A stretch of DNA of 49,580 nucleotides from IMG/VR virus record IMGVR_UViG_3300033144_005510. One strand, given 5' to 3'. Shown one piece after another: positions 8,060-16,442 of the stretch. The DNA comes from a virus (Duplodnaviria > Heunggongvirae > Uroviricota > Caudoviricetes). Every line of letters starts with the position of its first letter. The first letter of the stretch is position 1. The translations under genes and the position numbers were made by a program. The notes beneath the pieces are model-generated. The model made no database searches. It saw only the letters and a program-made list of their open reading frames with translations, and was not told the origin of the DNA.

Positions 8060-8692
8060 ATGAATATACCTAAAGGTATGACAGAAGAAGAGGTTTTGTC
8101 TTCAATAGACAGGGTTGCGAACGGTTTAGCTTATAAATACAGGTTTGGTTATCATGGCTTAGATGACATGAAACAGGAAGCAAGGATGCTAGCTATAGAA
8201 GGTCTTGATAGATACGATTCTTCTAGAGGAAAATTAGAAACTTTTTTGTGGACACATGTTAGTAACCGTTTATTTAACATAAAAAGAAATAAATACGCTA
8301 GACCCGATAAGCCTTGTTTTGACTGTCCATTAAAAGCATACGATGCTGATTGTCAAAATTCTTTTAGTCAGTGTTTAGAATATGAAGACAAGTTTGATTG
8401 TGATTTATATGCATCTTGGCAAAAAAGAAATACAGCCAAGAAAAACATTATGTGCCCCATTGAAATGGGTAATGTAAAAGATGAAAATGAAAGCAGTATG
8501 AGGAAACAGGACACTGTTGCTGACGAGTTAGACTTTATAAACATGATTGATTTAATTGATTCAAAAATACCTGTAAGTTTAAGAAAATCTTGGGTAAAAA
8601 TGAAAAACGATGTAAAAATACCAAAGTCTGAACGTGTTAAATTAATTAATTTTATAAAAGAATTAATACCAGAGGAAGATTATGGCTCTTAA
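8060..8692 (+). CDS. phage-encoded sigma70-family sigma factor (probable late sigma)
   Basis: Region-2-like DDMKQEARMLAIEGLDRYDSSRGKLETFLWTHVSNRLFNIKR, Cys-rich insert, short C-terminus with no obvious region 4 HTH. Confidence 0.75.
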   Translation: MNIPKGMTEEEVLSSIDRVANGLAYKYRFGYHGLDDMKQEARMLAIEGLDRYDSSRGKLETFLWTHVSNRLFNIKRNKYARPDKPCFDCPLKAYDADCQNSFSQCLEYEDKFDCDLYASWQKRNTAKKNIMCPIEMGNVKDENESSMRKQDTVADELDFINMIDLIDSKIPVSLRKSWVKMKNDVKIPKSERVKLINFIKELIPEEDYGS

Positions 8693-9491
8693 GCGAGGAA
8701 AATTAAGCAACGAAGAAATGGAGTTTATTCGGGCTAATATTGAAAGATTATCTATACATGATATAGCTATTCAAATCAATAGATCTGATGCTACCGTTCA
8801 AAAATTTGCCAATGCCGAAAACCTAACTTATACAGGTATGTCCGAAGAGATTTATGATGATACTCTTTTGCGGGCAAAGCTTGAAGAAAAACCTTATTGG
8901 GAAGAGGTTAGTAGGCAATTCTCAGAATCTGAATTAGAATATTTTGCAATCACCTGGATTCGCATGATGAAACAGTTTCGAGAAGATATTTTATATTCCG
9001 AAGAATTGCAGGTAAAACAATGGATTACCCTAGAGATTATGGGCAATAAGGTAATGAGAGACAGGAAAGATGCCCAACAGCAAATCGAGCGTTTGACTAG
9101 ACTTTTAGATCAAGAATATTCGTTACCTGAAGACGTTCGTGACGCAACTACAATTGCACATTTAGAAACAGAATTATCTATGGTTCGCAATGCACAAGGA
9201 TCTTACACAACCGAGCATTCTAAGATTCTAGATAGAATTGAAAAGATACAGAAAGACCTTAAAGCAGCTCGTGCTGATCGTGTTAAGAAAATTGAAGATA
9301 GCAAATCGAGTTGGGCTGGATTCCTTCGTTCTTTAGAGGATGAGGAGACAAGGCAAAAGGTAGGTGAAGATATTGAAATACTTAAAATGGCTAAAGAAAA
9401 TGCAATAAATAGGCTTTCAGAGTATCATAAATATGAGGACGGTCAGGTTGACCAACCGTTTTTAACTCCAGATACAGTAAAGGATGAGTAA
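8682..9491 (+). CDS. HTH plus coiled-coil protein, possible terminase small subunit
   Basis: N-terminal LSNEEMEFI...IHDIAIQINRSDATVQKF HTH, long coiled coil, upstream of TerL. TerS identity is an inference from position. Confidence 0.45.
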   Translation: MALKRGKLSNEEMEFIRANIERLSIHDIAIQINRSDATVQKFANAENLTYTGMSEEIYDDTLLRAKLEEKPYWEEVSRQFSESELEYFAITWIRMMKQFREDILYSEELQVKQWITLEIMGNKVMRDRKDAQQQIERLTRLLDQEYSLPEDVRDATTIAHLETELSMVRNAQGSYTTEHSKILDRIEKIQKDLKAARADRVKKIEDSKSSWAGFLRSLEDEETRQKVGEDIEILKMAKENAINRLSEYHKYEDGQVDQPFLTPDTVKDE

Positions 9492-9493
9492 TT

Positions 9494-9967
9494 ATGAGTG
9501 AAGAAGATAAAATCTTGGAAACATCTGAAGAAGATGTGACTGAAGAAATTGAAGTGGAAGCATGTATATCAGAAGATATTGACATACCAGAACAAGTGGA
9601 AGACGATCTTCCCGTTGTTTCTGAGGATACTGTTGAAGAAATTGTTGAAGAGCGACAAGAAGAATTTGCAAGTAGTCTTATTGAAAAAGCGGAACAGCAA
9701 ACCAAAAGTGATGACGAGGGCGCTGTAGAGTATAAGAATAATCGCGATGCAACTGAGGCTTCCAGTGTTAAGATTGCTAAAGACAGGCAGGGAATTCGCA
9801 TAGGCGGACCTGGAGTTCGAAAAAGCAGGGGTTCTGTAAAGCCAGCAAGAAGCGCTGAAGATGCTAATGAAAGAGTTGGTATTTACAAGATATGGAACGA
9901 TAAACCTATTCGCAATATTGGTCAAGGAACAAGTACTTCAGATATTCCGCAAAGGAAAAATAAATGA
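9494..9967 (+). CDS. hypothetical protein, acidic N-terminus and basic C-terminus
   Basis: Tightly packed ORF between neighbours with GGAT/GAG SD-like sequence. Confidence 0.7.
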   Translation: MSEEDKILETSEEDVTEEIEVEACISEDIDIPEQVEDDLPVVSEDTVEEIVEERQEEFASSLIEKAEQQTKSDDEGAVEYKNNRDATEASSVKIAKDRQGIRIGGPGVRKSRGSVKPARSAEDANERVGIYKIWNDKPIRNIGQGTSTSDIPQRKNK

Positions 9968-11091
9968 TACCAATTAAGTTCAAAAGAAGAAACAAGGTTG
10001 CCGTAGTTACTGGAGCAACAGGGCAAGACGGGTCTTACTTGTGTGAGTATTTACTAAATAAAGGATATTTTGTAGTTGGCGTTTGCCGACGTTCTTCCGT
10101 CGATAATACGGAACGTATTAAACATTTAAAAGACGAGTCTTATTTCAGGATTGTTGAAGGAGATATTACTGACCCGTCAAGTGTTAATAGTCTAATCACA
10201 GAATTTCGCCCCGAAGAGTTTTACAACTTAGCTGCGCAAAGCCATGTTGGTACATCATTTTCACAACCTTGTGCTACTTTTGATATTGATGCGATTGGAG
10301 TAATTAATATTTTGGAAGCGATTAGAAATATAAACCCATCCACTAAATTTTACCAAGCCAGTACCAGTGAAATGTTTGGTAGAAACTATAGTGGCTCAGG
10401 AGAGGGAAATAATAAATTTCAAAATGAAGAAACACCGTTTTCTCCGCAAAGTCCTTACGCTGTGGCTAAGATTGCCGCCCATGAATCAGTAGGACTATAC
10501 AGGAGAGCTTATGATTTACATGCATCCTGCGGAATATTGTTTAACCACGAGTCTGAAAGAAGAGGCGAGAACTTTGTAACTCGTAAAATTACAAAATGGA
10601 TTGGGAGATATATAGCTTGGCTTAATCAAGATATTTTATCTACAACAGATTGTAATAATTCTTGTTCAAAAGACTATAATAATTTTCTATATAAGTCTGA
10701 TTGCATTGAGGCTTTTCCAAAACTTAGGCTTGGTAATTTTGATTCTTTTAGAGATTGGGGACATGCAGAGGATTATGTTAAAGCTATGTACTTAATGCTT
10801 CAACAAGAAAGTCCTGACGATTATGTAATCGCTACTGGTAAAACATATAGTGTAAAAGAATTTCTTGATATTGCATTCTCATCTGCTGGAATACATGATT
10901 GGTCAAATTTGGTCGTTCAAGATCCAGAATTTATGCGTCCAGCAGAAGTTGATTATTTATGCGGGTGTCCTAAGAAAGCCAAGGAAAAGCTTGGTTGGGA
11001 GCCTGAAGTAAGTTTTGAACAACTTGTTTCCAGAATGGTAAACTATGACATATCGTCCGAAAAAACAACAAATAAGGCGTTTCAGTACTAA
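9964..11091 (+). CDS. gmd: GDP-mannose 4,6-dehydratase
   Basis: VTGATGQDGSYL, YNLAAQSHV, YQASTSEMFG, SPYAVAK, GILFNHESERRGENFVTRKI, RDWGHAEDYV, RPAEVDYL. Confidence 0.95.
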   Translation: MIPIKFKRRNKVAVVTGATGQDGSYLCEYLLNKGYFVVGVCRRSSVDNTERIKHLKDESYFRIVEGDITDPSSVNSLITEFRPEEFYNLAAQSHVGTSFSQPCATFDIDAIGVINILEAIRNINPSTKFYQASTSEMFGRNYSGSGEGNNKFQNEETPFSPQSPYAVAKIAAHESVGLYRRAYDLHASCGILFNHESERRGENFVTRKITKWIGRYIAWLNQDILSTTDCNNSCSKDYNNFLYKSDCIEAFPKLRLGNFDSFRDWGHAEDYVKAMYLMLQQESPDDYVIATGKTYSVKEFLDIAFSSAGIHDWSNLVVQDPEFMRPAEVDYLCGCPKKAKEKLGWEPEVSFEQLVSRMVNYDISSEKTTNKAFQY

Positions 11092-11491
11092 TGATAGGGA
11101 TTACAAAGATCCAGCATATACAGAGTTTCGTAAAGAAGTTCTTAAAAGGGATTGTAGATGTTGTCAATGGCCTAAGTGCGGTGCAACTCGACGTTTACAC
11201 GTTCACCATATTAGAACTTGGTCAGAACATCCTAATTTACGTTATATAGTATCAAACGGTATTACTCTTTGTAAAACTCATCATGATTCAATATGGGGTA
11301 AGGAGGAACAACATGAGAGACTATTCGCATCAATTGTCGGCAGAACAACAAAAGACCCAGAGTACGCAAAACGAGATAGAGCCAAAGGAGATAAGAGTAA
11401 GAAAGGAAATGTTGGCAAAAACAAGAGAAAAAAGTCCAACAGCTTCGCCTCAAGATATGCGAAAGCAAAGAGGAGAGCTAGAAAGAGGTGA
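11045..11491 (+). CDS. HNH endonuclease with basic C-terminal tail
   Basis: CQWPKCG...LHVHHI...SNGITLCKTHH zinc-HNH signature. Confidence 0.85.
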   Translation: MTYRPKKQQIRRFSTNDRDYKDPAYTEFRKEVLKRDCRCCQWPKCGATRRLHVHHIRTWSEHPNLRYIVSNGITLCKTHHDSIWGKEEQHERLFASIVGRTTKDPEYAKRDRAKGDKSKKGNVGKNKRKKSNSFASRYAKAKRRARKR

Positions 11492-11494
11492 GTA

Positions 11495-12121
11495 ATGGGG
11501 TTTAAAGTATTAGTAGACAGCAGAGAAAAAAATAGCTGGGAATTGAAGAGTTCTCGCGTTTCTGCTACAGAAAAAATAAAATTGGACACTGGTGATTATA
11601 CTATAGATGGTTATGAAGATATATTATGTATTGAAAGAAAAGAAAGCGTAACCGAACTAGCTGGAAATATTACTCAGGCTAGATTTAAAAAAGAATTGGA
11701 ACGAATTAAAGAAATTCCATATGCATACCTTATATTAGAAGCTAATATAAAAGAAGTTTTAGAATATCCTTATTACGAACATGGCAAACATGATATATGC
11801 TGTTACACTTGTGAGAATGTTGACTGTAGCATAAAAGGTAAAAAAAGATACGCTTTTTTCGATGAGATGTCAGCAAACTTTCAGTGTAAGGAGTGCGAAG
11901 AACCAGAAAATATATGTATGGTCTTTCGACGTAGGTCAAACCTTCATCCAAGCATATTACAAAAAATTAAACTTAATGGTAGCTTTATCCTTCGTTGTTT
12001 AAATCGTATGCAAGTAAAATATGATTTTAATATAATATATGCTGACAACAGAGAAATTGCTCAACGAGTTGCTGTTAATTTAATGCAAGATGTACTAGAA
12101 TGGCACAAACCCAAAAATTAA
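11495..12121 (+). CDS. ERCC4/XPF-family nuclease with a Cys-rich insertion
   Basis: VDSREK, LDTGDY, CIERKES...L, ELERI signatures. Confidence 0.8.
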   Translation: MGFKVLVDSREKNSWELKSSRVSATEKIKLDTGDYTIDGYEDILCIERKESVTELAGNITQARFKKELERIKEIPYAYLILEANIKEVLEYPYYEHGKHDICCYTCENVDCSIKGKKRYAFFDEMSANFQCKECEEPENICMVFRRRSNLHPSILQKIKLNGSFILRCLNRMQVKYDFNIIYADNREIAQRVAVNLMQDVLEWHKPKN

Positions 12122-14220
12122 TAAGACCTAATTCTATTGTAGATGATGCTTGGCTTAAGCTTGGTAATTTACATGGAAAAGAAATAGAAAATCAGTTAAT
12201 CGGTCGTGATCGAGACGATGTTGAAAATCCAGGTTTATTAGAACTTAGGATTATGCGTAATCCAGAGTATCTTGGTTTTGCAGCAAAAGTTTTGTTAGAC
12301 ATTGATGTACTTCCTGAACAGGCCGCTATCTTACAAGAACTTTGGATCAGGCCTTTTCCTATGTATATAGCAAGCCGTGGTTTCGGTAAGTCTTTCTTAT
12401 TAGCTTTATATGCTACTCTTAGATGCGCTTTGATCCCAGGTACAAAGGTTGTGGGCGTTGGTTCGGCCTTCCGTCAGTCCAGGGTTATTTATGAATACAT
12501 GGATACCATTTGGAGAAATGCGCCTATCTTACGGTCTGTTTGTACCCAAGCCAGTGGTCCTCGTCAAGCGGTCGATAGATGTTCTGTGGTCATTAATGAC
12601 TCAACTGCTGTATTTGTTCCGCTAGGCGACGGTTCCAAGATCAGAGGCTTACGTGCTACATGTATTATTGCGGACGAATTTGCATCTATTCCTCCAGATA
12701 TTTATGAAACTGTTGTTCGCGGTTTTGCTGCGGTTGAACAAAAGCCTTTGGACGGTGTTAAGGGTTACGCAAGAAGAGAGGCTTTACAGGCTCAGGGCCA
12801 ATGGACAGAGAATCAGGAACAGGTTTTCCGTACTAAGGGCGGCAACCAGTGTATTATTGCTGGTACTGCTGATTATGATTTTATGCCCTATGCGGATTAC
12901 TGGAAGAAGTATATGACCTATATTAGGTCGAAGGGAGATCCTAAAAAGCTTATCAAACTTCCTTCTGGCGAGGTTAAAACTCTAGGAGAATTTTTCCCAG
13001 ACGGTGTTGAGGAGGCTTTCGATTATAAAGATTATGCTGTAATTAGAATTCCTTACGAGTTAATTCCAAAAGGATTTATGGATGATAAAGTTGTTGCAGC
13101 AGCTAAAGCAGGAAGTCATAAAGCTATTTACCAAAAAGAATATGGAGCGGTATTTCCTTCAGATTCTGACGGGTTTTTTAAAAGAAGTTTGATCGAGTCC
13201 TGCGTCACCAAAGATAGTAATCCAGTAGTTCTTCCTAGTGGTAGCGTTTGGTTTGATCCTGTGGTGGCTGGAACGCCTGGAAGACAGTACGTATACGGTA
13301 TTGACCCTGCTGCCGAACAAGATAATTTCTCTATTGTTGTCTTGGAACTCTGGCAGGATCATACTAGGATTGTGTATTCTTGGTCAACAAATGTCACCGA
13401 TTTTCAACGTAGGAAAAAGGCTGGCATGGCATCTGATCATGATTACTATGGTTTTTGCGCTAGAAAAATTAGAAATTTAATGAAGGTATTTCCTACCGAA
13501 AATATAGCGTTGGATGCTCAAGGTGGTGGTAGGGCTATTCTTGAGGCTTTTCACGACCCGAGTAAGCTAGAGCATGGGGAACATTTCTTGTGGCCTACTA
13601 ATAAAATCCTTAATCCAGATAAAGAGCTTCCTACGGATGTTGAGTCTGGTCTTCATATTATTCACATGTGCCAATTCGCTAATTTTGATTTTACTTCTAT
13701 GGCCAACCATGGTACTCGTAAAGATTTTGAAGATAAAGTCTTGCTATTTCCCAGGTTTGATCCCGTTAGTTTAGAAATGGCCGCTCATCAGGACCGTACA
13801 ACAGCTGAAAACCTTGGGGTTGACAAGTTGTATGACACTTTAGAAGATTGTGTTATGGAGATAGAAGAGTTAAAAGATGAGCTTTGCACTATAGTTATGA
13901 CTAGGACTGGAACTGGTGTGGGAGCCCGTGACAGATGGGATACTCCCGAAACTACTACAACGGAAGGTAAAAAGAAGAGAATGAGAAAAGACCGTTATTC
14001 TTCTTTGGTAATGGCTAATTATATAGCTAGATCTATTCAGCGCGCTCCAGCTTCTGTGGAGTACAGTGTAATCGGCGGTTTTTCACACCAACTTGCTGCC
14101 AGAAAAGATTCTGAAAAGTCTAATGATCTTTATCAGGGTCCAGAGTGGTTTACAAAAGGTATGAATAACGATAAAAATGGCGTAATAGGTCACGTTATTC
14201 GTAAAAACGGTGTAGAATAG
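12100..14220 (+). CDS. terL: terminase large subunit
   Basis: Walker A ASRGFGKS, coupling region DGSKIRGLRA, Walker B IIADEFA, nuclease YGIDPA...D and KDRYS near the C-terminus; precedes portal. Confidence 0.9.
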   Translation: MAQTQKLIRPNSIVDDAWLKLGNLHGKEIENQLIGRDRDDVENPGLLELRIMRNPEYLGFAAKVLLDIDVLPEQAAILQELWIRPFPMYIASRGFGKSFLLALYATLRCALIPGTKVVGVGSAFRQSRVIYEYMDTIWRNAPILRSVCTQASGPRQAVDRCSVVINDSTAVFVPLGDGSKIRGLRATCIIADEFASIPPDIYETVVRGFAAVEQKPLDGVKGYARREALQAQGQWTENQEQVFRTKGGNQCIIAGTADYDFMPYADYWKKYMTYIRSKGDPKKLIKLPSGEVKTLGEFFPDGVEEAFDYKDYAVIRIPYELIPKGFMDDKVVAAAKAGSHKAIYQKEYGAVFPSDSDGFFKRSLIESCVTKDSNPVVLPSGSVWFDPVVAGTPGRQYVYGIDPAAEQDNFSIVVLELWQDHTRIVYSWSTNVTDFQRRKKAGMASDHDYYGFCARKIRNLMKVFPTENIALDAQGGGRAILEAFHDPSKLEHGEHFLWPTNKILNPDKELPTDVESGLHIIHMCQFANFDFTSMANHGTRKDFEDKVLLFPRFDPVSLEMAAHQDRTTAENLGVDKLYDTLEDCVMEIEELKDELCTIVMTRTGTGVGARDRWDTPETTTTEGKKKRMRKDRYSSLVMANYIARSIQRAPASVEYSVIGGFSHQLAARKDSEKSNDLYQGPEWFTKGMNNDKNGVIGHVIRKNGVE
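14209..14218 (+). promoter_or_regulatory. late promoter variant GGTGTAGAAT
   Basis: One mismatch to consensus, 57 nt upstream of the portal start. Confidence 0.45.
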
Positions 14221-14274
14221 TATTAGACTCGGAATTAATACTATTGCAATACGATTACAAAAAAGGCGACTTTA

Positions 14275-16287
14275 GTGAGCAACGAAAGAAAGTATCCCAA
14301 AAGCGAAGATCTTTCAGTTAAATCCCCTTCTTATATTAGTTATGCTACTGGTAATCAGGAAGATTTCACTGTAGCTATGGAAGGTTTAAATAAGGCTGTT
14401 GATCAATACTCTGGTCGCGTTCATGCTAATCATAGAATGGGTTTTTCTCCTCAAGACATCGGTGGTACTGGTGTTTCTGGTAGATATGGTCTTACTCATA
14501 AAGACTATGAGATATGGAGACCTGATGAGCAATCCGAGTTCAAGAATATTAAGCACACAATATTACACGCTGATGCGATTTATCGGCGTACAGGTCTTGT
14601 GAAAAATGTTATTGATCTAATGGGTGATTTTGCTAGTCAAGGTATTCGTCTGGTTCATCCCAACAAAAGGATAGAGAAGTTCTTTCAGAACTGGTTCAGA
14701 AAAGTTCGTGGCGTCGAGCGTTCGGAGCGATTTTTAAATAACCTTTATAGATTAGGTAATGTTTGCGTTAGAGTGCAGACAGCGAAGATCAATAATAAAA
14801 CTCGCAAGACCTTATTTAAAGCTAGAGCGACCCCTGATATGAAAGTGATGGATCTCAAAATTTCAAACAATGAGATCCCATGGAAGTATACCTTTTTACA
14901 TCCAGTCACTGTTGATATTTTAGGCGGTCCTTTAGCTAATTTTAGCGGCAATCCAAGATACGCCGTTAAGATTCCTCAGAGTTTGACTAAGATAATTTCT
15001 CACCCTAGAAATGCTGAAGAACAGCAATTAGTAGCTAATCTACCGACAGAAGTTAAACAGGCTGCCAGTAACAGTAAGCCTATTCCACTTCCTGAAGACA
15101 AAATCAAGGTTTATCACTATAAAAAAGATGATTGGCAGGAGTGGGCTCAACCAATTATTGGTTCAATTGCTCTTGACATATCTTTATACGAAAAACTAAA
15201 ACTGGCCGATAGAGCAGCTCTGGACGGCGCTATCTCGAATATTCGTATTTTTAAGCTAGGTAATTTAGAGCATAAGATTGTCCCCACAGAGGCAGCAGCG
15301 AATAAACTTGCCTCTATCCTAGAGTCTAATGTTGAAGCAGGTACATTAGACCTGATCTGGGGTCCAGATATTGAGCTTATGGAATCCAAGACTAGCGTTC
15401 ATCAGTTCTTGGGTCAACAGAAATACGAACCTACTTTAATCGCCATTTATGCTGGTCTAGGTATTCCTCCCACTCTAACAGGAACTTTTGGCGCAAGCGG
15501 CACGACGAATAATTTCGTTAGTTTAAAAACATTAACACAGAGACTTGAATATGGTAGAGATATCCTTGTCTCTTTCTGGAATGAGCAGATTAGGGTTGTT
15601 CAAGAAGCTATGGGCTTTAGATTCCCAGCTCGTGTTGAGTTTGATTTAATGAACCTCGGTGACGAAGCTGCTGAGAAATCTTTGTTAATTCAGCTTGCTG
15701 ATAGAAATCTTATTAGTGACGAATTACTGCAACAGTACTTCGGAAGTGATCCTGAAATGGAAAGAATTAGAACTAATCAAGAACAACTACAGAGAGAAAA
15801 GGATACAAGAGTTGAAAAAGCTGGTCCGTTCTACGATCCTCAAACTGAAGAGTCTTTGAAAAAGATCTTTGTGCAGACTGGATTGGTTACGCCTAGTGAA
15901 GTGGGTGTAGAGCTTGAAGAAAGAAAAGAGGGCGAGGAACCAGCATTAAAACTGAAAACAGCTCCTGGTCCTGGTGGTAAAAGTGGCCCTCAACCTGAAG
16001 GTAAAAAGGGCGTTCCAGGCCAAGGCAGACCTAAAAACTCTAAGGATTCTGGCCCTAGAAAAGAAAAAGATTTCAAGCCTAAGACTAAAGCTTCTTCAGT
16101 TATTCTCTGGGCTAAGGCCACTCAAGAGGCAATTTCGGATGTCTTAAATCCAATTCTGCTAGAATCTTTTGATAAGAAAAATATGCGCAGTTTAAGTTCT
16201 GATCAGGTAGAAGAAGCAGAAGCTATTAGATTTGGTGTTTTATGTAACTCAAAGTGGTACACCCGAAATAGCGTTATCTACTTATAA
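14275..16287 (+). CDS. portal protein (C-terminus apparently frameshifted)
   Basis: Position between TerL and protease; VKNVIDLMGDF, YRLGNV, HYKKDDWQEWAQP, LADRNLISDE; GTG start. Confidence 0.8.
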   Translation: MSNERKYPKSEDLSVKSPSYISYATGNQEDFTVAMEGLNKAVDQYSGRVHANHRMGFSPQDIGGTGVSGRYGLTHKDYEIWRPDEQSEFKNIKHTILHADAIYRRTGLVKNVIDLMGDFASQGIRLVHPNKRIEKFFQNWFRKVRGVERSERFLNNLYRLGNVCVRVQTAKINNKTRKTLFKARATPDMKVMDLKISNNEIPWKYTFLHPVTVDILGGPLANFSGNPRYAVKIPQSLTKIISHPRNAEEQQLVANLPTEVKQAASNSKPIPLPEDKIKVYHYKKDDWQEWAQPIIGSIALDISLYEKLKLADRAALDGAISNIRIFKLGNLEHKIVPTEAAANKLASILESNVEAGTLDLIWGPDIELMESKTSVHQFLGQQKYEPTLIAIYAGLGIPPTLTGTFGASGTTNNFVSLKTLTQRLEYGRDILVSFWNEQIRVVQEAMGFRFPARVEFDLMNLGDEAAEKSLLIQLADRNLISDELLQQYFGSDPEMERIRTNQEQLQREKDTRVEKAGPFYDPQTEESLKKIFVQTGLVTPSEVGVELEERKEGEEPALKLKTAPGPGGKSGPQPEGKKGVPGQGRPKNSKDSGPRKEKDFKPKTKASSVILWAKATQEAISDVLNPILLESFDKKNMRSLSSDQVEEAEAIRFGVLCNSKWYTRNSVIYL

Positions 16288-16423
16288 AGAATGGGAAAAA
16301 GAAGTTACAGAAGATCTGGATAGACAGCTTACTTCTGATGAACGAAAAAATATACAATCCCATGTTTATGCCTTGGCTTCAAAGTCGATTAATTTTTTAA
16401 ACTATCCAAATATACAAAAATAG
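16232..16423 (+). other. +1-frame ORF that may be the true portal C-terminus
   Basis: TTG start without SD, overlaps the portal end by 56 nt and encodes natural-looking helices (STYKEWEKEVTEDLDRQLTSDERKNIQSHVYALA). Confidence 0.45.
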
Positions 16424-16432
16424 GTGTATAAT
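16423..16432 (+). promoter_or_regulatory. late promoter GGTGTATAAT
   Basis: Exact motif directly upstream of the protease-scaffold, decoration and MCP genes. Confidence 0.7.
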
Positions 16433-16442
16433 TGAGGTAATA

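Noticed and set aside
11091-11249. ATG overlapping the gmd stop (TAATG) as the start of the next gene
   Set aside because: That frame gives a short featureless ORF; the HNH motifs are in the frame starting at 11045.
12100-14220. Intein or intron in the long (706 aa) terminase
   Set aside because: No C/S...HN splice motifs or LAGLIDADG blocks were seen, and the ATPase and nuclease motifs are in normal order in one frame.
14241-14260. TTGCAAT-ACG-ATTACAA inverted repeat in the portal leader
   Set aside because: Only six AU-rich pairs with a mismatch; too weak to support a call.
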